From a virus, in IMG/VR virus record IMGVR_UViG_3300021479_000010, positions 1-64,000 of that record: a stretch of 64,000 nt of DNA. One strand, 5' to 3'. The position numbers and the translations under genes are program-made. Numbering within the stretch: position 1 is the stretch's first letter; each line of letters begins with the position of its first letter. This document shows positions 10,397 to 20,969 of this stretch, piece by piece. The notes beneath the pieces were generated by a model, which was not told where the DNA came from, ran no database searches, and saw only the letters and a program-made list of their open reading frames with translations.

Positions 10397-11151
10397 TGTT
10401 CACCTTCTACTTTCGTAACATAGGCATCCCATACATGTGGGATGGTATCCGCGATTTCAACAGCTAATTCCCGCGCCTCGTCAGGAGAATTTGCATCGAT
10501 TTCAACATAGTCCTTGGTTTCCACAAATACGGTATACTTCATTTGTTTACTCGCTTTCCGTTTAGCAATAATCCTTGCGGGCAAGATTTAAGAGGACATT
10601 TGGCCGCGTATCCTAGATCATCCCCGTGTATTTCAGTAGGCATGGATACAAAATCAAAATTATGCGCGGCGCATTTGCCGGGATAAGAAATGCGGGTCTC
10701 GGGTTCGAGAGTAAGCTTAGGTCCAGTCATAAAATTGTAAATTGATCACAGCCACATTTTGGGCAAAAGAAGTTGTTCTCGTCCTCGTAATGCAACTCAT
10801 TGCTCGTGCAAATAGGACATGGTTGCTTTAGCGTTTCATCGCTCTCTCGCTTTTTGCGCGGCCACTTAATCTTGACCGTTTTGTCCATATCTGAACGGCA
10901 TCCAGTGCAAGCATAAGAAAAAGTCATCCCCGCAACAATATAATTTCCATGCTCACACTTGGCGATCACTTACCGTCTCCCCGAACATTTGGTCTAGATA
11001 ATAATCAGTGTCTTCATTGAAGAAATATTCGAAGGTTACGTCTGTGTGCTTGAGTTTCAATTTCTTAAGGGCCTTCTTAAATACTTCATCCTGCTGATGT
11101 TCGAGGTCCATCATTTGCTTCTTGAATTGCCGGGCGATTTTCAACTTATCG

Positions 11152-11505
11152 TTATGATTCATTTTTACTCCATTGCGGGGCACGTTTAGAGTGTTCACCC
11201 TTGGGTCCAATATGACACTTAGCGCATATGACAACAGAATTTTCTAAGCTAACATCTCCGCCTTTTGATCGATGGAGCTTTTCGTGCAGATGCGAGGACA
11301 TATTTGCAATTTTACCACAATATTTACAGCAATCTTCTTGCAATTGTAGAAGTTGCTTTTTTATACTACGCTCAGCCTCTATGCGGGGCCATTCAGCAAT
11401 TATCTCCGGCGGTAAAAATAAAGCCTTTGCTGGGTATTTAAATATTCTCAAAGGCATCTTCGTCTTGGGGTCGATCTGGCACATTACTCTGTTTCTTGAG
11501 GACAT
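11152..11505 (-). CDS. HNH endonuclease
   Basis: CKYCG..HLHE..RSKGG...LENSVVICAKCH. Confidence 0.75.
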   Translation of the reverse strand: MSSRNRVMCQIDPKTKMPLRIFKYPAKALFLPPEIIAEWPRIEAERSIKKQLLQLQEDCCKYCGKIANMSSHLHEKLHRSKGGDVSLENSVVICAKCHIGPKGEHSKRAPQWSKNES

Positions 11506-12196
11506 CCGGCTCCTTCTCCGCCAAGTAAGATGCCGTCCATCGCCATAGAATTTCTTTCCTCAGATGAGCGGCTTTATTGTCGTTCCATCGGTCGAGGAGC
11601 TGGATCGGGGGATCGTCTTGACACGCCACGCGAATAGCGCGTTCCCATTCTTCGCGCTCGGCTTCGTTCATGAAACAGCCACTTAAGTCTACCCACGTTC
11701 CACTCTCGAATTCATTCTTGAATTCGTACTCCGATGCGATGGCGGTATCGAGTTGCGCGGCTGTTACATTTATGTCCTTAGCAGCTTGGAGAAGAGAATC
11801 GCTGGGTTTCTTACCGTCGGCTTTCTTAATCGCCGAGGAAAGCTTAGAGGCTTTCGAGATACCCATCTGTTCTACATCTGCGGGGTCCGCTACTTCGAGG
11901 AGTTGCTCGGCAATGCGGGCGCAATTATAGAGCTTCGTCCTTCCGGCGTATTGGTACTTCTCTGCCAGCGATTTGATAAAGGCGTTATAGCCTTCGTATC
12001 CCCAATCGCTCCATAGCTTGCGGCCCCGCACTTGATCAAGCATAACACCGAGCTTTAGGAAATCCCGATCAGTCTTGGCTTCTTGGCTGTTGATATCGGT
12101 TAAGAGTTTGGTTAGTTCAATTTGGAGACGTTGTGGTTTCTGAGTATCTTTTTCTACGACCTCTGTGTCATGCATAGCAACTTTTTTGCCCCGCAT
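11438..12196 (-). CDS. hypothetical helical protein
   Basis: 252 aa ORF; LG..LDQVRGRKLWSDWGYEGYNAFI resembles common phage DNA-binding proteins. Confidence 0.55.
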   Translation of the reverse strand: MRGKKVAMHDTEVVEKDTQKPQRLQIELTKLLTDINSQEAKTDRDFLKLGVMLDQVRGRKLWSDWGYEGYNAFIKSLAEKYQYAGRTKLYNCARIAEQLLEVADPADVEQMGISKASKLSSAIKKADGKKPSDSLLQAAKDINVTAAQLDTAIASEYEFKNEFESGTWVDLSGCFMNEAEREEWERAIRVACQDDPPIQLLDRWNDNKAAHLRKEILWRWTASYLAEKEPDVLKKQSNVPDRPQDEDAFENI

Positions 12197-13203
12197 TCGA
12201 AATATATTGGTGCTCCAGAATCATTGGCCTTCAGTAATACATTACCAGATACTTCATTGAAAAAGTCCTGTAAAAATGCGTGGTTGACAACGAATTCCAT
12301 CTCGTCGAACAGCGGATCGCTTTCTATTGATTCCGCTTCAATGGAATCCTCCGCCGACCCCGAGATGCCTGAAACATTAATAGTAACACGGTTACTGTCG
12401 ATTTTTAGCTGGCATTTTCCTGTTTCATTGTCCACAAGCGGATAAACTCTTCGCAGGGCCTCTTTCATTTGCGCGGCGGGTAGACTTACAATCGTCGTGA
12501 AGTCCTTTGGAATGATGGAGTTGTAGTTAGGGAAGTCTTTCGCCAATTGCCTAGCTATTATTGTTACCGATCCACATCGAAAATAAAGACTAGTGCTATC
12601 TTGATAAACGCTAATAACTTCGCCCCGTAGATTCTTAAGCGCCTGTATTACTTGGACGGGCATTGTGAAGGAGAATTGCGAGGTGGCTTTCCCCTCGACC
12701 CAAGCGATTCGTTTCCCGTCGCTTCCGGCAATTCGCATAATTTGTCCATCTGCGGACACCAAGACGGACCCCGTATATGCATGAATTTGATCATCCGAAG
12801 CACTAGAAGCATAAGTTATCATGGCCAAGAAATCTGTCATGGCCAAGGTAGCAATTGCTGTCAAGGGTAGAACGATCTTGGGAATTTGCGGGGCGGCGAG
12901 AATGGGTAATGTAAGCTTATGTCCTTTTCCTTTTATAAGGACCTTCGCTATTAAAGTAGGGTTTAATTCCTCTATCCCCAATCCATTCAATAACTTAACG
13001 TCGATTTCGCCGCTTAACCGGGAGACTACCTGTCCGAATTTTTCTGCACCGACGCCGAAAGTTCCAATCTCCGGGCACAGAACACTACCTATTATATTTG
13101 GTGATACCGCATAAGCTAGCGACCCCGCAAATGTAAGATGTTCCGTCTTGATGGCGGATAAGACCTTCACTACGTTTTGCAGGTCCTGCGCGGCAAGTTT
13201 CAT
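12154..13203 (-). CDS. dnaN: DNA polymerase III beta sliding clamp homolog
   Basis: 349 aa; AGSDGKRIA, ARQLAKDFPNYNSIIP, MKEALRRV, VNHAFLQDF motifs. Confidence 0.85.
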   Translation of the reverse strand: MKLAAQDLQNVVKVLSAIKTEHLTFAGSLAYAVSPNIIGSVLCPEIGTFGVGAEKFGQVVSRLSGEIDVKLLNGLGIEELNPTLIAKVLIKGKGHKLTLPILAAPQIPKIVLPLTAIATLAMTDFLAMITYASSASDDQIHAYTGSVLVSADGQIMRIAGSDGKRIAWVEGKATSQFSFTMPVQVIQALKNLRGEVISVYQDSTSLYFRCGSVTIIARQLAKDFPNYNSIIPKDFTTIVSLPAAQMKEALRRVYPLVDNETGKCQLKIDSNRVTINVSGISGSAEDSIEAESIESDPLFDEMEFVVNHAFLQDFFNEVSGNVLLKANDSGAPIYFECGAKKLLCMTQRS

Positions 13204-13262
13204 AATTACTGATTGTATATTTACTGTTGCTGTAAATATGGACTTTGGAGTAAATTTAGAAA

Positions 13263-14162
13263 TTACTCAATCGTGAATGCACTTTCCAAAAGGGTCTTTT
13301 TGTAATGATCCGGCAACCCCGCTGTACTTGCTCGAAGGATGCGCGGCACCGCATATTCGACTAGTTTCTGCTGGATGAATTCCATCTCTTCTGCTTTAAT
13401 GTCCGATTGTACTTCCTTGATAAGCATTCCGATATCGCGAGGAGAATTTTCTAATTTACCCGCTTCACGTAATCTGGCAATCGATTTATTCCATCGCACT
13501 TCAGAACGCAATGTTGCAATGATTCGTTCGACTACATCACCAAGAGTGGGATTGTCAGCTTTCCATTCCTTGCCATGAGTTTCTTTGAACTCTTCGGTTA
13601 CAAATTTGCCCATTTGGACTTTTTTATCGCGTCCAAATTGATTGTAATTTTTGACGACAATACCTTCAATTTTTCCACCGCCAAGAATGCTGTCGCGATT
13701 CAACAGATTATAGAGAGTTTCTGGAGTATCGACCAGACCCTCGTACAAAACAGGCACGATTTCGAGACCGAGCCGCGCAGCCTCTTCTTCCTTTTCCCGC
13801 CTAGTCAAATAAATTTCATCGCCGGTATTGATATCGTAAAGGATTACATGACCATTTGGTACGCGGTCATATTTCATCGTGTTGTGCTTGGGCTTCTGGA
13901 GGAATTCGGTTCGGTAAGTCCAACCATCTCGCAAGCCGGGCGTGAGTCTCTTAGCCGTCTCAATCCCTAAAGAAAACATCTTCTCAGGATTGTCGGCATA
14001 AAGTTCCGCGCCTTTAGACCGCAGCGAAAGTTCTCCGTTTTGAACCCCAAAAGAAAATTGCGAACCGTCAACTTTCTCTTCGACGAGCACAGAGCCTTGG
14101 AACAATTCTCCGATAGCCCCGTGCCCGACCGCGTACACTTTAGGAAAAGAATGCAAGTTCAT
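13263..14162 (-). CDS. ATP-dependent RNA ligase (Rnl2-like)
   Basis: EEKVDGSQ (motif I), LYDI (IIIa), VPVLYEG, EGIVVK (IV), GKFVTEEFKE (V). Confidence 0.75.
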   Translation of the reverse strand: MNLHSFPKVYAVGHGAIGELFQGSVLVEEKVDGSQFSFGVQNGELSLRSKGAELYADNPEKMFSLGIETAKRLTPGLRDGWTYRTEFLQKPKHNTMKYDRVPNGHVILYDINTGDEIYLTRREKEEEAARLGLEIVPVLYEGLVDTPETLYNLLNRDSILGGGKIEGIVVKNYNQFGRDKKVQMGKFVTEEFKETHGKEWKADNPTLGDVVERIIATLRSEVRWNKSIARLREAGKLENSPRDIGMLIKEVQSDIKAEEMEFIQQKLVEYAVPRILRASTAGLPDHYKKTLLESAFTIE

Positions 14163-15478
14163 AGTGATCGTAGAAAATTCAGAATATCCTGCTGTTCAGA
14201 TGTGGACAGTTTGTTGAAATTGTTGATGACCTTGTTCGCTTCTGAACCTTTGCTTTTGTGCAGTTCAATTGCTTGGTGGAGATCAGCAGTTCTTCCATCT
14301 TGCAGAAAGAATATCCGCTGTCCTAGACCCCACAAGGGAGCAGTCCTGAATTCATCCGGCCCCGCATTTCCTTGAGAAATCCCATCCGCCAATCCCTTGC
14401 CCATATGATGAATCAAGAGGTCGGAGAATAGATTCGCCTTTACTCCAGACAGCCCCGGCCCAAACGATGATTGTCCGGTAGTCATAGTGGGTGTATGGCA
14501 AAGTGAGCAGCCAACCGAGACGAATAACGCTGCACCGTTTCCCGTACTCTTTACGGGGATCGGTTGATCCAAGAATCGCATGAACGTTGCAAATGCATCA
14601 TCGTCCGAAGGCACGCCGATAGGATCACTACCAAGAGCCAGCGTATTCGTCTGATCCTCGGGCAATGGATTGAAGATACAGCTTGCCGGAGCACCGCCCC
14701 GCTTATTAGGAAACATCTGATTTGTCTCGCCAACTTCTACGTTATAGGCTTCGTGCGAGAACATAATCAGGGATTTGTTCTGAGCCTTCCATCCGAAGCG
14801 GGTAATCGTGCCGTCATTCCCACTCCGATTTGGGCGGCCCTTGATTCCGAGACTGGCTTTCTGTTGTCCGTTTGCGGACATATTTGCGAGGATCGTTTCG
14901 TCTGAAATCGCTTCAATCAACCCGCCGCCGAAGGTTGGCGTAGGAATGCGTAGGCTGAGATTGTTTTGCATCGCCGCAAGGTCGAAATCTGGCTGAGCGA
15001 ATAAACATCCCGGAGCATCTTTGCGTCCTTGGATACTGAACAAGTCATGAACACCGCCGTCAGATTTGAACCGCGCTTCGCGAATAGGACCATCCGGCAA
15101 TACGAAGAACGGAACTTTGTTGGTTGCCCCATCCGCCGTCGCCAAAGCAACTTGTGGATTAGGCCCGACATTCGGAAAAGCTTTCGTGCTGGGGCTTGTT
15201 CCGCCAATAGCGGGTTGAGAATGGCAAACCCCGCAGGAATTTCCGTTAAATGCGGGGCCGAGGCCATTGGCTACGCCTTCTGCGTGATTGAATCGATCTG
15301 CGCTGTCATTGAAGAATCGAAGCTGATCGGGAGTGAGCCCCGCAATTGGGTAGCCAGCATCAATCGAAACCCCGCGAGGTCCGGGATCAACAGCAACTCG
15401 AATCGGCTGATGGTAGCAAGCATTCGAGCAAACTAGCGTTAACAAAATCGCGGATATGGTCCAAACTAGATATTTCAT
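14159..15478 (-). CDS. exported di-haem oxidoreductase/peroxidase (DHOR, DUF1111-like)
   Basis: Signal peptide with possible lipobox; two CxxCH motifs (CGVCH, CSLCH); GLGPAFN, RFGWKA, FSDLLIHHMG, FRTAPLWGLG. Confidence 0.85.
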   Translation of the reverse strand: MKYLVWTISAILLTLVCSNACYHQPIRVAVDPGPRGVSIDAGYPIAGLTPDQLRFFNDSADRFNHAEGVANGLGPAFNGNSCGVCHSQPAIGGTSPSTKAFPNVGPNPQVALATADGATNKVPFFVLPDGPIREARFKSDGGVHDLFSIQGRKDAPGCLFAQPDFDLAAMQNNLSLRIPTPTFGGGLIEAISDETILANMSANGQQKASLGIKGRPNRSGNDGTITRFGWKAQNKSLIMFSHEAYNVEVGETNQMFPNKRGGAPASCIFNPLPEDQTNTLALGSDPIGVPSDDDAFATFMRFLDQPIPVKSTGNGAALFVSVGCSLCHTPTMTTGQSSFGPGLSGVKANLFSDLLIHHMGKGLADGISQGNAGPDEFRTAPLWGLGQRIFFLQDGRTADLHQAIELHKSKGSEANKVINNFNKLSTSEQQDILNFLRSL

Positions 15479-15672
15479 GTTTTCTCCTTGGCCAGAGAAA
15501 ATTAATCTTCTGTATTTCGGTATTTTCCGAATATAGCTTCTGTCATCCCTCTTGTTGCTTCAGCTCGGGCTTTTGCATAATTCTGCGGGGTCGTCTACTA
15601 ATTTAACTCGCAAAGCATGTAAATCGGCGGCTATTTGTTTCAATAATTCTTCATTCATTGTCCACATCCGGA

Positions 15673-15966
15673 CTACCATTCTACGGGAGGCGGCCCCGCA
15701 ATTTTCTGCAACAGCCAATCATACCAATAAACCCTACGAAATGCAATAGCCTTATCATGTATTTTAATTACGCGGTATTTCTTGCCGTCAATGATTGTTA
15801 TCTCTCCAATTGCGAGGCTCGACAAGAGTTCGCGGCCAGATATGGCGCTAGACATAGGTGGCCCCGCAAGTGGAAGAATAAACACCCCTTCCAGCATCAA
15901 ACCTTGCCGGAACCCGGCATCTTCTAGAGCGAGTTCTATCATCGAATTGGTTAAATAGGCTCTCAT
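15673..15966 (-). CDS. hypothetical protein
   Basis: 97 aa ORF coupled to the primase-helicase stop. Confidence 0.45.
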   Translation of the reverse strand: MRAYLTNSMIELALEDAGFRQGLMLEGVFILPLAGPPMSSAISGRELLSSLAIGEITIIDGKKYRVIKIHDKAIAFRRVYWYDWLLQKIAGPPPVEW

Positions 15967-17870
15967 TAGAAAATGCTTTCCTCAATTTGCGGGGCGGGAA
16001 CTGGTACATTCGTCATCTCGACAAATGTGCAGTAAGCGCCCTTAAACAGCAATTTCGTAAAAGCCCGACCTTCTCCTTTGTCGCGGGCTTTCTGGAGCCT
16101 TATTTCCGTGATCGGGCTGTACTCGTGATCACTCTCATTGCCGTCCTTCCCGTGCTTTACTTCCTCTCGGTGGAGACTGAAAATCGTTGAAGAATCATTT
16201 TGCACGGCCTTGCTGCCGTCCAAATCAGAAACATGCGTAACCTTACGCTTATGGTTCTGATCGGCTTTACGAGCTTGGTGGACGAGAATAAACTTTAACC
16301 CATATTGCGCCGTCATATTGGTAATTCTCTGCATGGCATTTGCTTGTGCCTTGATGGAATCCGTTTCGTTGCGGCAGAGGAAGTGAAGATTATCCAAAAC
16401 AACAACTCTAGCCCCGTATCTACGAACAGCAACTTCGATCAGATTTAATACTTCGCCAATTGTCGTCAACGAAGTATTGCGGCCAATGTAATATTTGAAA
16501 TCCGGGCCAAGCAGCTTCCCCGCAGTTTTATAATCCGCGTCGTCTAATTGCAAACGATGCTTCCCTAGCAGATGAGAAGAAAATATAGTATCAATCTGGT
16601 TGGGACTCATTTCTGCCTGATAATTTAAAACGATTTCCTTTTTCACTCTTGCGTGGTGAATCGTAGCTTGTATGGCGAGTGTGCTTTTGCCTAGTCCGCT
16701 TTCTGTAGAATAGATTGTGGTCACAGTGCCCGGCAGAATGATGGCCATGTCGTGAATACTTTTCCAGGGCAGTTCCAAACGATCTGGATGATTCGGAACC
16801 CGAGCATGATCAGTATTCAGAAGGCTTTGCTGAATGTTGTAAACACCGACTATCGGTTTGGATTTAGCTTCTTCGATCAATCGTAAAACTTCCTCGCGGT
16901 ATTTATTGATATCTTGTCCGCATCCGGACATGAAGAATTCGTTTGCGTCTTTAAACGGGGCGGGCCACTGTAGCAAATACGTTCTTTCTTTCAGATCGGC
17001 CAGCAGACGCTGCATTGCCGTTTGTCCTTCCTCGTCCATGTCGCCCGCAAGGATGACACAATCCGCAAGCATCATTTGATCCCGCATATGAGCATCTGGA
17101 ATGTCTTTCGCTCCGTTGGGAAGAGACACGCTGCAAAACCCCGCTTGAGTATTAATAATCTTATCGAATTCTCCCTCCACTACGAGCAAAGGTTCTAATG
17201 GGTCTATGTCTTCTGTTCCGTGTAGAACAGTTTTCATTCCCCCTTGGCGGCAAAAACCCGACCATTTACCATCCAGTTTCTTAGCAACAATGGAACGATA
17301 TTTGACGCAGATAACTTCGCCGTTTTCAATACTCGGTATCGCGATCCAGCCTTTATTGGATAGTGGATTGTTCTCCCCTGCCATCATGCCTATGTTCTGT
17401 ACAAATCCAAGGCGGCACTTCTTGATAGTGTCTGGTGTAATGCCGCGTTCTTTCACGAGCCATTGCTGCGCGGCTGGGTTGTTGGCTAGATTATTTTCCC
17501 TGATTTTCCATTCCGCATCTGTCAGTTTCTTGTACGTTTTTGTCTCTTGTTTGATGGCAAAATTAGCATCGGCCTTTTCTCCGTCTCGATACCAGTCTCC
17601 ACAAAATTTTCTGATTATTTCGACCGCGCCCCGCAAATCTGTATTGTCCGTTTTTTGAATAAGATCGATGATGGAGCCGCTCACCCCGCAAACAAGACAC
17701 TTATAAACATAGACTCCATCACTAGGGAAAACATCAAAATTGGTAGCATTGCGATCAGCGTGAAATGGGCATAAACCTCTAAATCTTCGGCCTTCCTGCT
17801 TCAAAGGGAGTTTGCTACGATAAAGTTCTATAACCCGAGGATGTCTTTTCAATTCTGTCAAATCATTCAT
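15966..17870 (-). CDS. DNA primase-helicase (CHC2 Zn finger, TOPRIM, SF4 helicase)
   Basis: CPFH..CLVC; VVEGEFD..GDMDEEG..KDANE; ESGLGKST; VVLDNLHF; LVHQARK; LDGSKAVQND. Confidence 0.9.
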   Translation of the reverse strand: MNDLTELKRHPRVIELYRSKLPLKQEGRRFRGLCPFHADRNATNFDVFPSDGVYVYKCLVCGVSGSIIDLIQKTDNTDLRGAVEIIRKFCGDWYRDGEKADANFAIKQETKTYKKLTDAEWKIRENNLANNPAAQQWLVKERGITPDTIKKCRLGFVQNIGMMAGENNPLSNKGWIAIPSIENGEVICVKYRSIVAKKLDGKWSGFCRQGGMKTVLHGTEDIDPLEPLLVVEGEFDKIINTQAGFCSVSLPNGAKDIPDAHMRDQMMLADCVILAGDMDEEGQTAMQRLLADLKERTYLLQWPAPFKDANEFFMSGCGQDINKYREEVLRLIEEAKSKPIVGVYNIQQSLLNTDHARVPNHPDRLELPWKSIHDMAIILPGTVTTIYSTESGLGKSTLAIQATIHHARVKKEIVLNYQAEMSPNQIDTIFSSHLLGKHRLQLDDADYKTAGKLLGPDFKYYIGRNTSLTTIGEVLNLIEVAVRRYGARVVVLDNLHFLCRNETDSIKAQANAMQRITNMTAQYGLKFILVHQARKADQNHKRKVTHVSDLDGSKAVQNDSSTIFSLHREEVKHGKDGNESDHEYSPITEIRLQKARDKGEGRAFTKLLFKGAYCTFVEMTNVPVPAPQIEESIF

Positions 17871-18952
17871 AGGGGTAAGGTTTGATCCGATTCCTTCTCT
17901 CTCAATTTAGCTTCTTCTTGCAGCTGCGCGGCTTTTCTTTGAACTTCGCCGTCTGTTAATTGATTCAATTTTTCTAGTTCTAGTTGCGCGGCGTTCCTAT
18001 TTTTTCTTGCTCCAATTACACCGGTGGCCCCACCCTCGCAAAAATCCCGCACGGCGAAAGACTTTTGGAACTCATTCAAGTTTTCTACAAACTCCTGGTA
18101 AGCTGCCAGCACTTCTTCCTGTCCGTACCTTTTGACCATCTCCTTGACAGAGATTTTATATTTCCCAGCAAATGCTTGATCAGCAACTTGATATAAATCT
18201 GCCAGTAGTTTGTCTAAATTTTCGTCTTCAGATAGATCAATAATACCACCTAGAATACCATCCGCAACCTTCAGAAATTCCGACAACGGGTAGGATACTA
18301 TCTCGCCGCGCCGGGTCTTTGCCCAAATCTCGAATGCGTCTACGATTCGATGATGGTCGTATATCCTGCCGAGCGCCTTGATTTCCGACCAATCGTTGCT
18401 ATTGGGATTAAGCCTGATACCTAAAATCAATCTAGCTTTGTCCGTAAGATTGTTCTTCAGACTCATGTCAATGTCCTGTTCAGTTCGGTTCAGTTCTGTT
18501 TGTTCAGTTCGGTTCAGTTCGGTGGCATCGTGCGGCATTGCCACGGCATTGCCACGGGACTGCCGTGGCATACGTTCTTTCTCCCATCTCGTATTGGCCT
18601 TATCTCTTTGTTTTTCAGATAGTTTGGTGCGATATTCGATCTCCCGATCCCAGTCCAATTCCACCCGATTATGCTTAAGGAGGTTACGACCACTTTTGTA
18701 AAGTTTTGTAAAGTTAAGTAGGATTCGCTTTTTGTTCGCTACCCATTGTCGCTTGTTCTCGCATCCCGCGAGTTGCCAAAGCTCATTATCGTCGTCGGGA
18801 AGATAGGGCCGTGTAGGGCAGAAAAAAGACTTTTGTAGCAAGGAGCGGTAGAAAAGCCGCTGCAACCAATTCATAGAATTGACTGCCGGACTGCTCATGA
18901 ACTCGTCTTCGTTCCAGGGTTGATAAAGGGGTTTGTGGCCGTTCAGGGACAC
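17867..18952 (-). CDS. replication initiator-like protein (DUF1376/YdaU-type N-terminus)
   Basis: PWNEDEF..YRSLL..LPDDDNELWQLAG..HNRV..KANTRW; internal DNA repeats; directly upstream of the helicase. Confidence 0.65.
   Translation of the reverse strand: MSLNGHKPLYQPWNEDEFMSSPAVNSMNWLQRLFYRSLLQKSFFCPTRPYLPDDDNELWQLAGCENKRQWVANKKRILLNFTKLYKSGRNLLKHNRVELDWDREIEYRTKLSEKQRDKANTRWEKERMPRQSRGNAVAMPHDATELNRTEQTELNRTEQDIDMSLKNNLTDKARLILGIRLNPNSNDWSEIKALGRIYDHHRIVDAFEIWAKTRRGEIVSYPLSEFLKVADGILGGIIDLSEDENLDKLLADLYQVADQAFAGKYKISVKEMVKRYGQEEVLAAYQEFVENLNEFQKSFAVRDFCEGGATGVIGARKNRNAAQLELEKLNQLTDGEVQRKAAQLQEEAKLREKESDQTLPL
18476..18570. repeat. iteron-like repeats inside the initiator gene (candidate origin)
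   Basis: TGTTCAGTTCGGTTCAGTTC twice, CGGCATTGCCA twice, plus an inverted TGCCACGG/CCGTGGCA pair. Confidence 0.5.
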
Positions 18953-18953
18953 G

Positions 18954-19505
18954 TTATCCTCTCCACTGAACTTTGTTACCAGCCGCTTTCCAGATTTCCT
19001 TTTTATTGTCGTGGATAAACAAATTTTCTGGGCAAGTCCAGTCCCCTAAATCTGGAATTCTCCACGCATTGTCCGGATTGTTACCAAGTAGCAATACTTC
19101 ATTACCTTCTCCACCTTCTATAATTGTTTCTGTACCGCCTTCGAACATATCTGACGGCACTTCTTTAAACGTTATTCCTAAGCCCTTATAAATTCTATCT
19201 ACGCCGAAACCTTCCAGCAAGTATCTTTGCGAGGCCGGATGATCCTCTACCGGTCGTACTTCCACAAAAGGATGCTGGACTCTTATATGTGGTACTCCGT
19301 AAAATTGATCGAATTTACAATTGGGCGACTCGTTGTATTTAGGAAGAGTCAGTACGAAATCCGGAATCCATCCATTCAAATCGTAAGGTTCGTACGCCCA
19401 TTCCCAGCCGAGTAGATCAAATGTTGCAGCCCATCTTGCTTCCAGACGAGATCGAAAACGAACTCCCGCATATGTGGTTGGTATAGCTGCGATGGTTAGT
19501 GTCAT
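18954..19505 (-). CDS. PD-(D/E)XK-like nuclease
   Basis: PTTYAGVRFRSRLEARWAATFD..WAYEP..WIPDF..FVEVRP. Confidence 0.65.
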   Translation of the reverse strand: MTLTIAAIPTTYAGVRFRSRLEARWAATFDLLGWEWAYEPYDLNGWIPDFVLTLPKYNESPNCKFDQFYGVPHIRVQHPFVEVRPVEDHPASQRYLLEGFGVDRIYKGLGITFKEVPSDMFEGGTETIIEGGEGNEVLLLGNNPDNAWRIPDLGDWTCPENLFIHDNKKEIWKAAGNKVQWRG

Positions 19506-20308
19506 AAACTTGTTATCCAATCCTCTTCTTCTGGTTTTATCTTTCCAGATTTTTTCTCCCAGTTGTATACGCGGCGCAGGCATAAAAATGCCTCGTAAGC
19601 TTCTTCGATTTGCTTCCGAGTATACTTATATGGGATTGCTTTCTCCTCGCCGATTTGTAATATCCATGCCTGCTCGATCTTAATTGCCGGGCGCTCCTCC
19701 TCAAACGCACCGATATATCCTGCGAGTTGCATTTCGTATGGCTTATAGATATTTTTAGCGGCTTTAAAGTCGATCAATGAGGGAATACCGTCTACATATG
19801 CTGCATGATCTAAAGTGCCAACGAATTTATGCTTACGAGAGTATACCTTAATCTCGTTTCCGATGGTCTCTATTTTTCGCTGGTTATACCAGTCAAGAGC
19901 TTCATCGAATCTTGCGCGGATCGGTGTTCCTGCCAATGGCGGGGCGGATTCTGGATCGGTGAAATATCTTTCAAGGGCTGCGTGCGCCAATGTCCCCGTA
20001 TCTGCGGCCTTGTCTCGTACATTTCTATAATTAGCAGCGGCGTCTCGAAATGCTTCTTCTAGGAATTGCGCCCCGTGAATCTGATCGGGCATTATCCTTT
20101 GTCGCAGGACTTCAATACACATGCGGACACTCCAACCCTGAAGTGCCACACTTTTTCCGAAGTCGGCCAACGATGTAACGGTCGTGACCGAAGGTGATTT
20201 TACCTTTTCCCCGCGATCAGTAATTTTATATCGATGGCTGGCGGGATTGAATTCAATCCGAACTTCGCCGCCATAAAGTTCGGATATTTGAACCTCTTGA
20301 TCGGGCAT
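19502..20308 (-). CDS. PD-(D/E)XK recombination exonuclease (Cas4-like)
   Basis: PSVTTV, AADTGTLAHA, FVGTLD, LIDFK, QLAGY. Confidence 0.8.
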   Translation of the reverse strand: MPDQEVQISELYGGEVRIEFNPASHRYKITDRGEKVKSPSVTTVTSLADFGKSVALQGWSVRMCIEVLRQRIMPDQIHGAQFLEEAFRDAAANYRNVRDKAADTGTLAHAALERYFTDPESAPPLAGTPIRARFDEALDWYNQRKIETIGNEIKVYSRKHKFVGTLDHAAYVDGIPSLIDFKAAKNIYKPYEMQLAGYIGAFEEERPAIKIEQAWILQIGEEKAIPYKYTRKQIEEAYEAFLCLRRVYNWEKKSGKIKPEEEDWITSL

Positions 20309-20712
20309 CAGAAAGGAATATCAGAATCGCTAACTCCGGCCAACGCGGGTTCCGGCTGCGCTTGTCCAGATGCGGACTTCGAATCCAGAAGCACCAATTC
20401 GTTGCCTACAACTTCGGTCTTATATTTCTTCTGCCCAGATTTGGCGTCATCCCAGCTTCGGGTAGTAATCTTACCCTCGATGTAAACTTGGCTGCCCTTT
20501 TGAAGATATTCACCTGCGATCTCGGCCAAGCGTTGCCACAAAACTACATCAATGAATTCGGTTTTCTCAACCCAATTGCCAGCTTTGTCTTTGTACTTTT
20601 CATTGAGAGCCAAGCCAAAATTAGCGACTGCGGCCCCGCTAGGGGTGTACTTAACTTCCGGTGCGCGGGTCAGACGGCCCAACAATGTTACCTTGTTCAC
20701 GCTTTTTGACAT
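20308..20712 (-). CDS. ssb: single-stranded DNA-binding protein
   Basis: [42 protein letters not shown] tail. Confidence 0.95.
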   Translation of the reverse strand: MSKSVNKVTLLGRLTRAPEVKYTPSGAAVANFGLALNEKYKDKAGNWVEKTEFIDVVLWQRLAEIAGEYLQKGSQVYIEGKITTRSWDDAKSGQKKYKTEVVGNELVLLDSKSASGQAQPEPALAGVSDSDIPF

Positions 20713-20765
20713 GTCATTCTCCTTAAACTTGTTTAACTGACGCGATTAATTTAGTTTTAGAACGA

Positions 20766-20969
20766 TTGGGCCGTCATACGCCGCGAGCCAAAACCCTCGG
20801 CCTGATCCGGTTTTGGACGGGTCAGGATATGCTAATAGAGGACGACCCAAACTTTGAATTGCGGGGCATATTCCACGCTCTTGTGGGCGGTCACGAGTAC
20901 CCGCTTATTCCCTTTGCTCCAGTCGATTGGAGCTTACCCCTGCGGTTGTAGGTGAAACCCGCCCCGCAA
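20766..20969. ncRNA. candidate structured non-coding element with two multi-stem domains
   Basis: Closing stems 20766-20775/20841-20850 and 20859-20867/20961-20969, each with internal hairpins; no convincing ORF. Confidence 0.4.

Noticed and set aside
19502-20308. Cas4-like nuclease as CRISPR adaptation machinery
   Set aside because: Its context (ssb, erf) is a standard phage recombination module.
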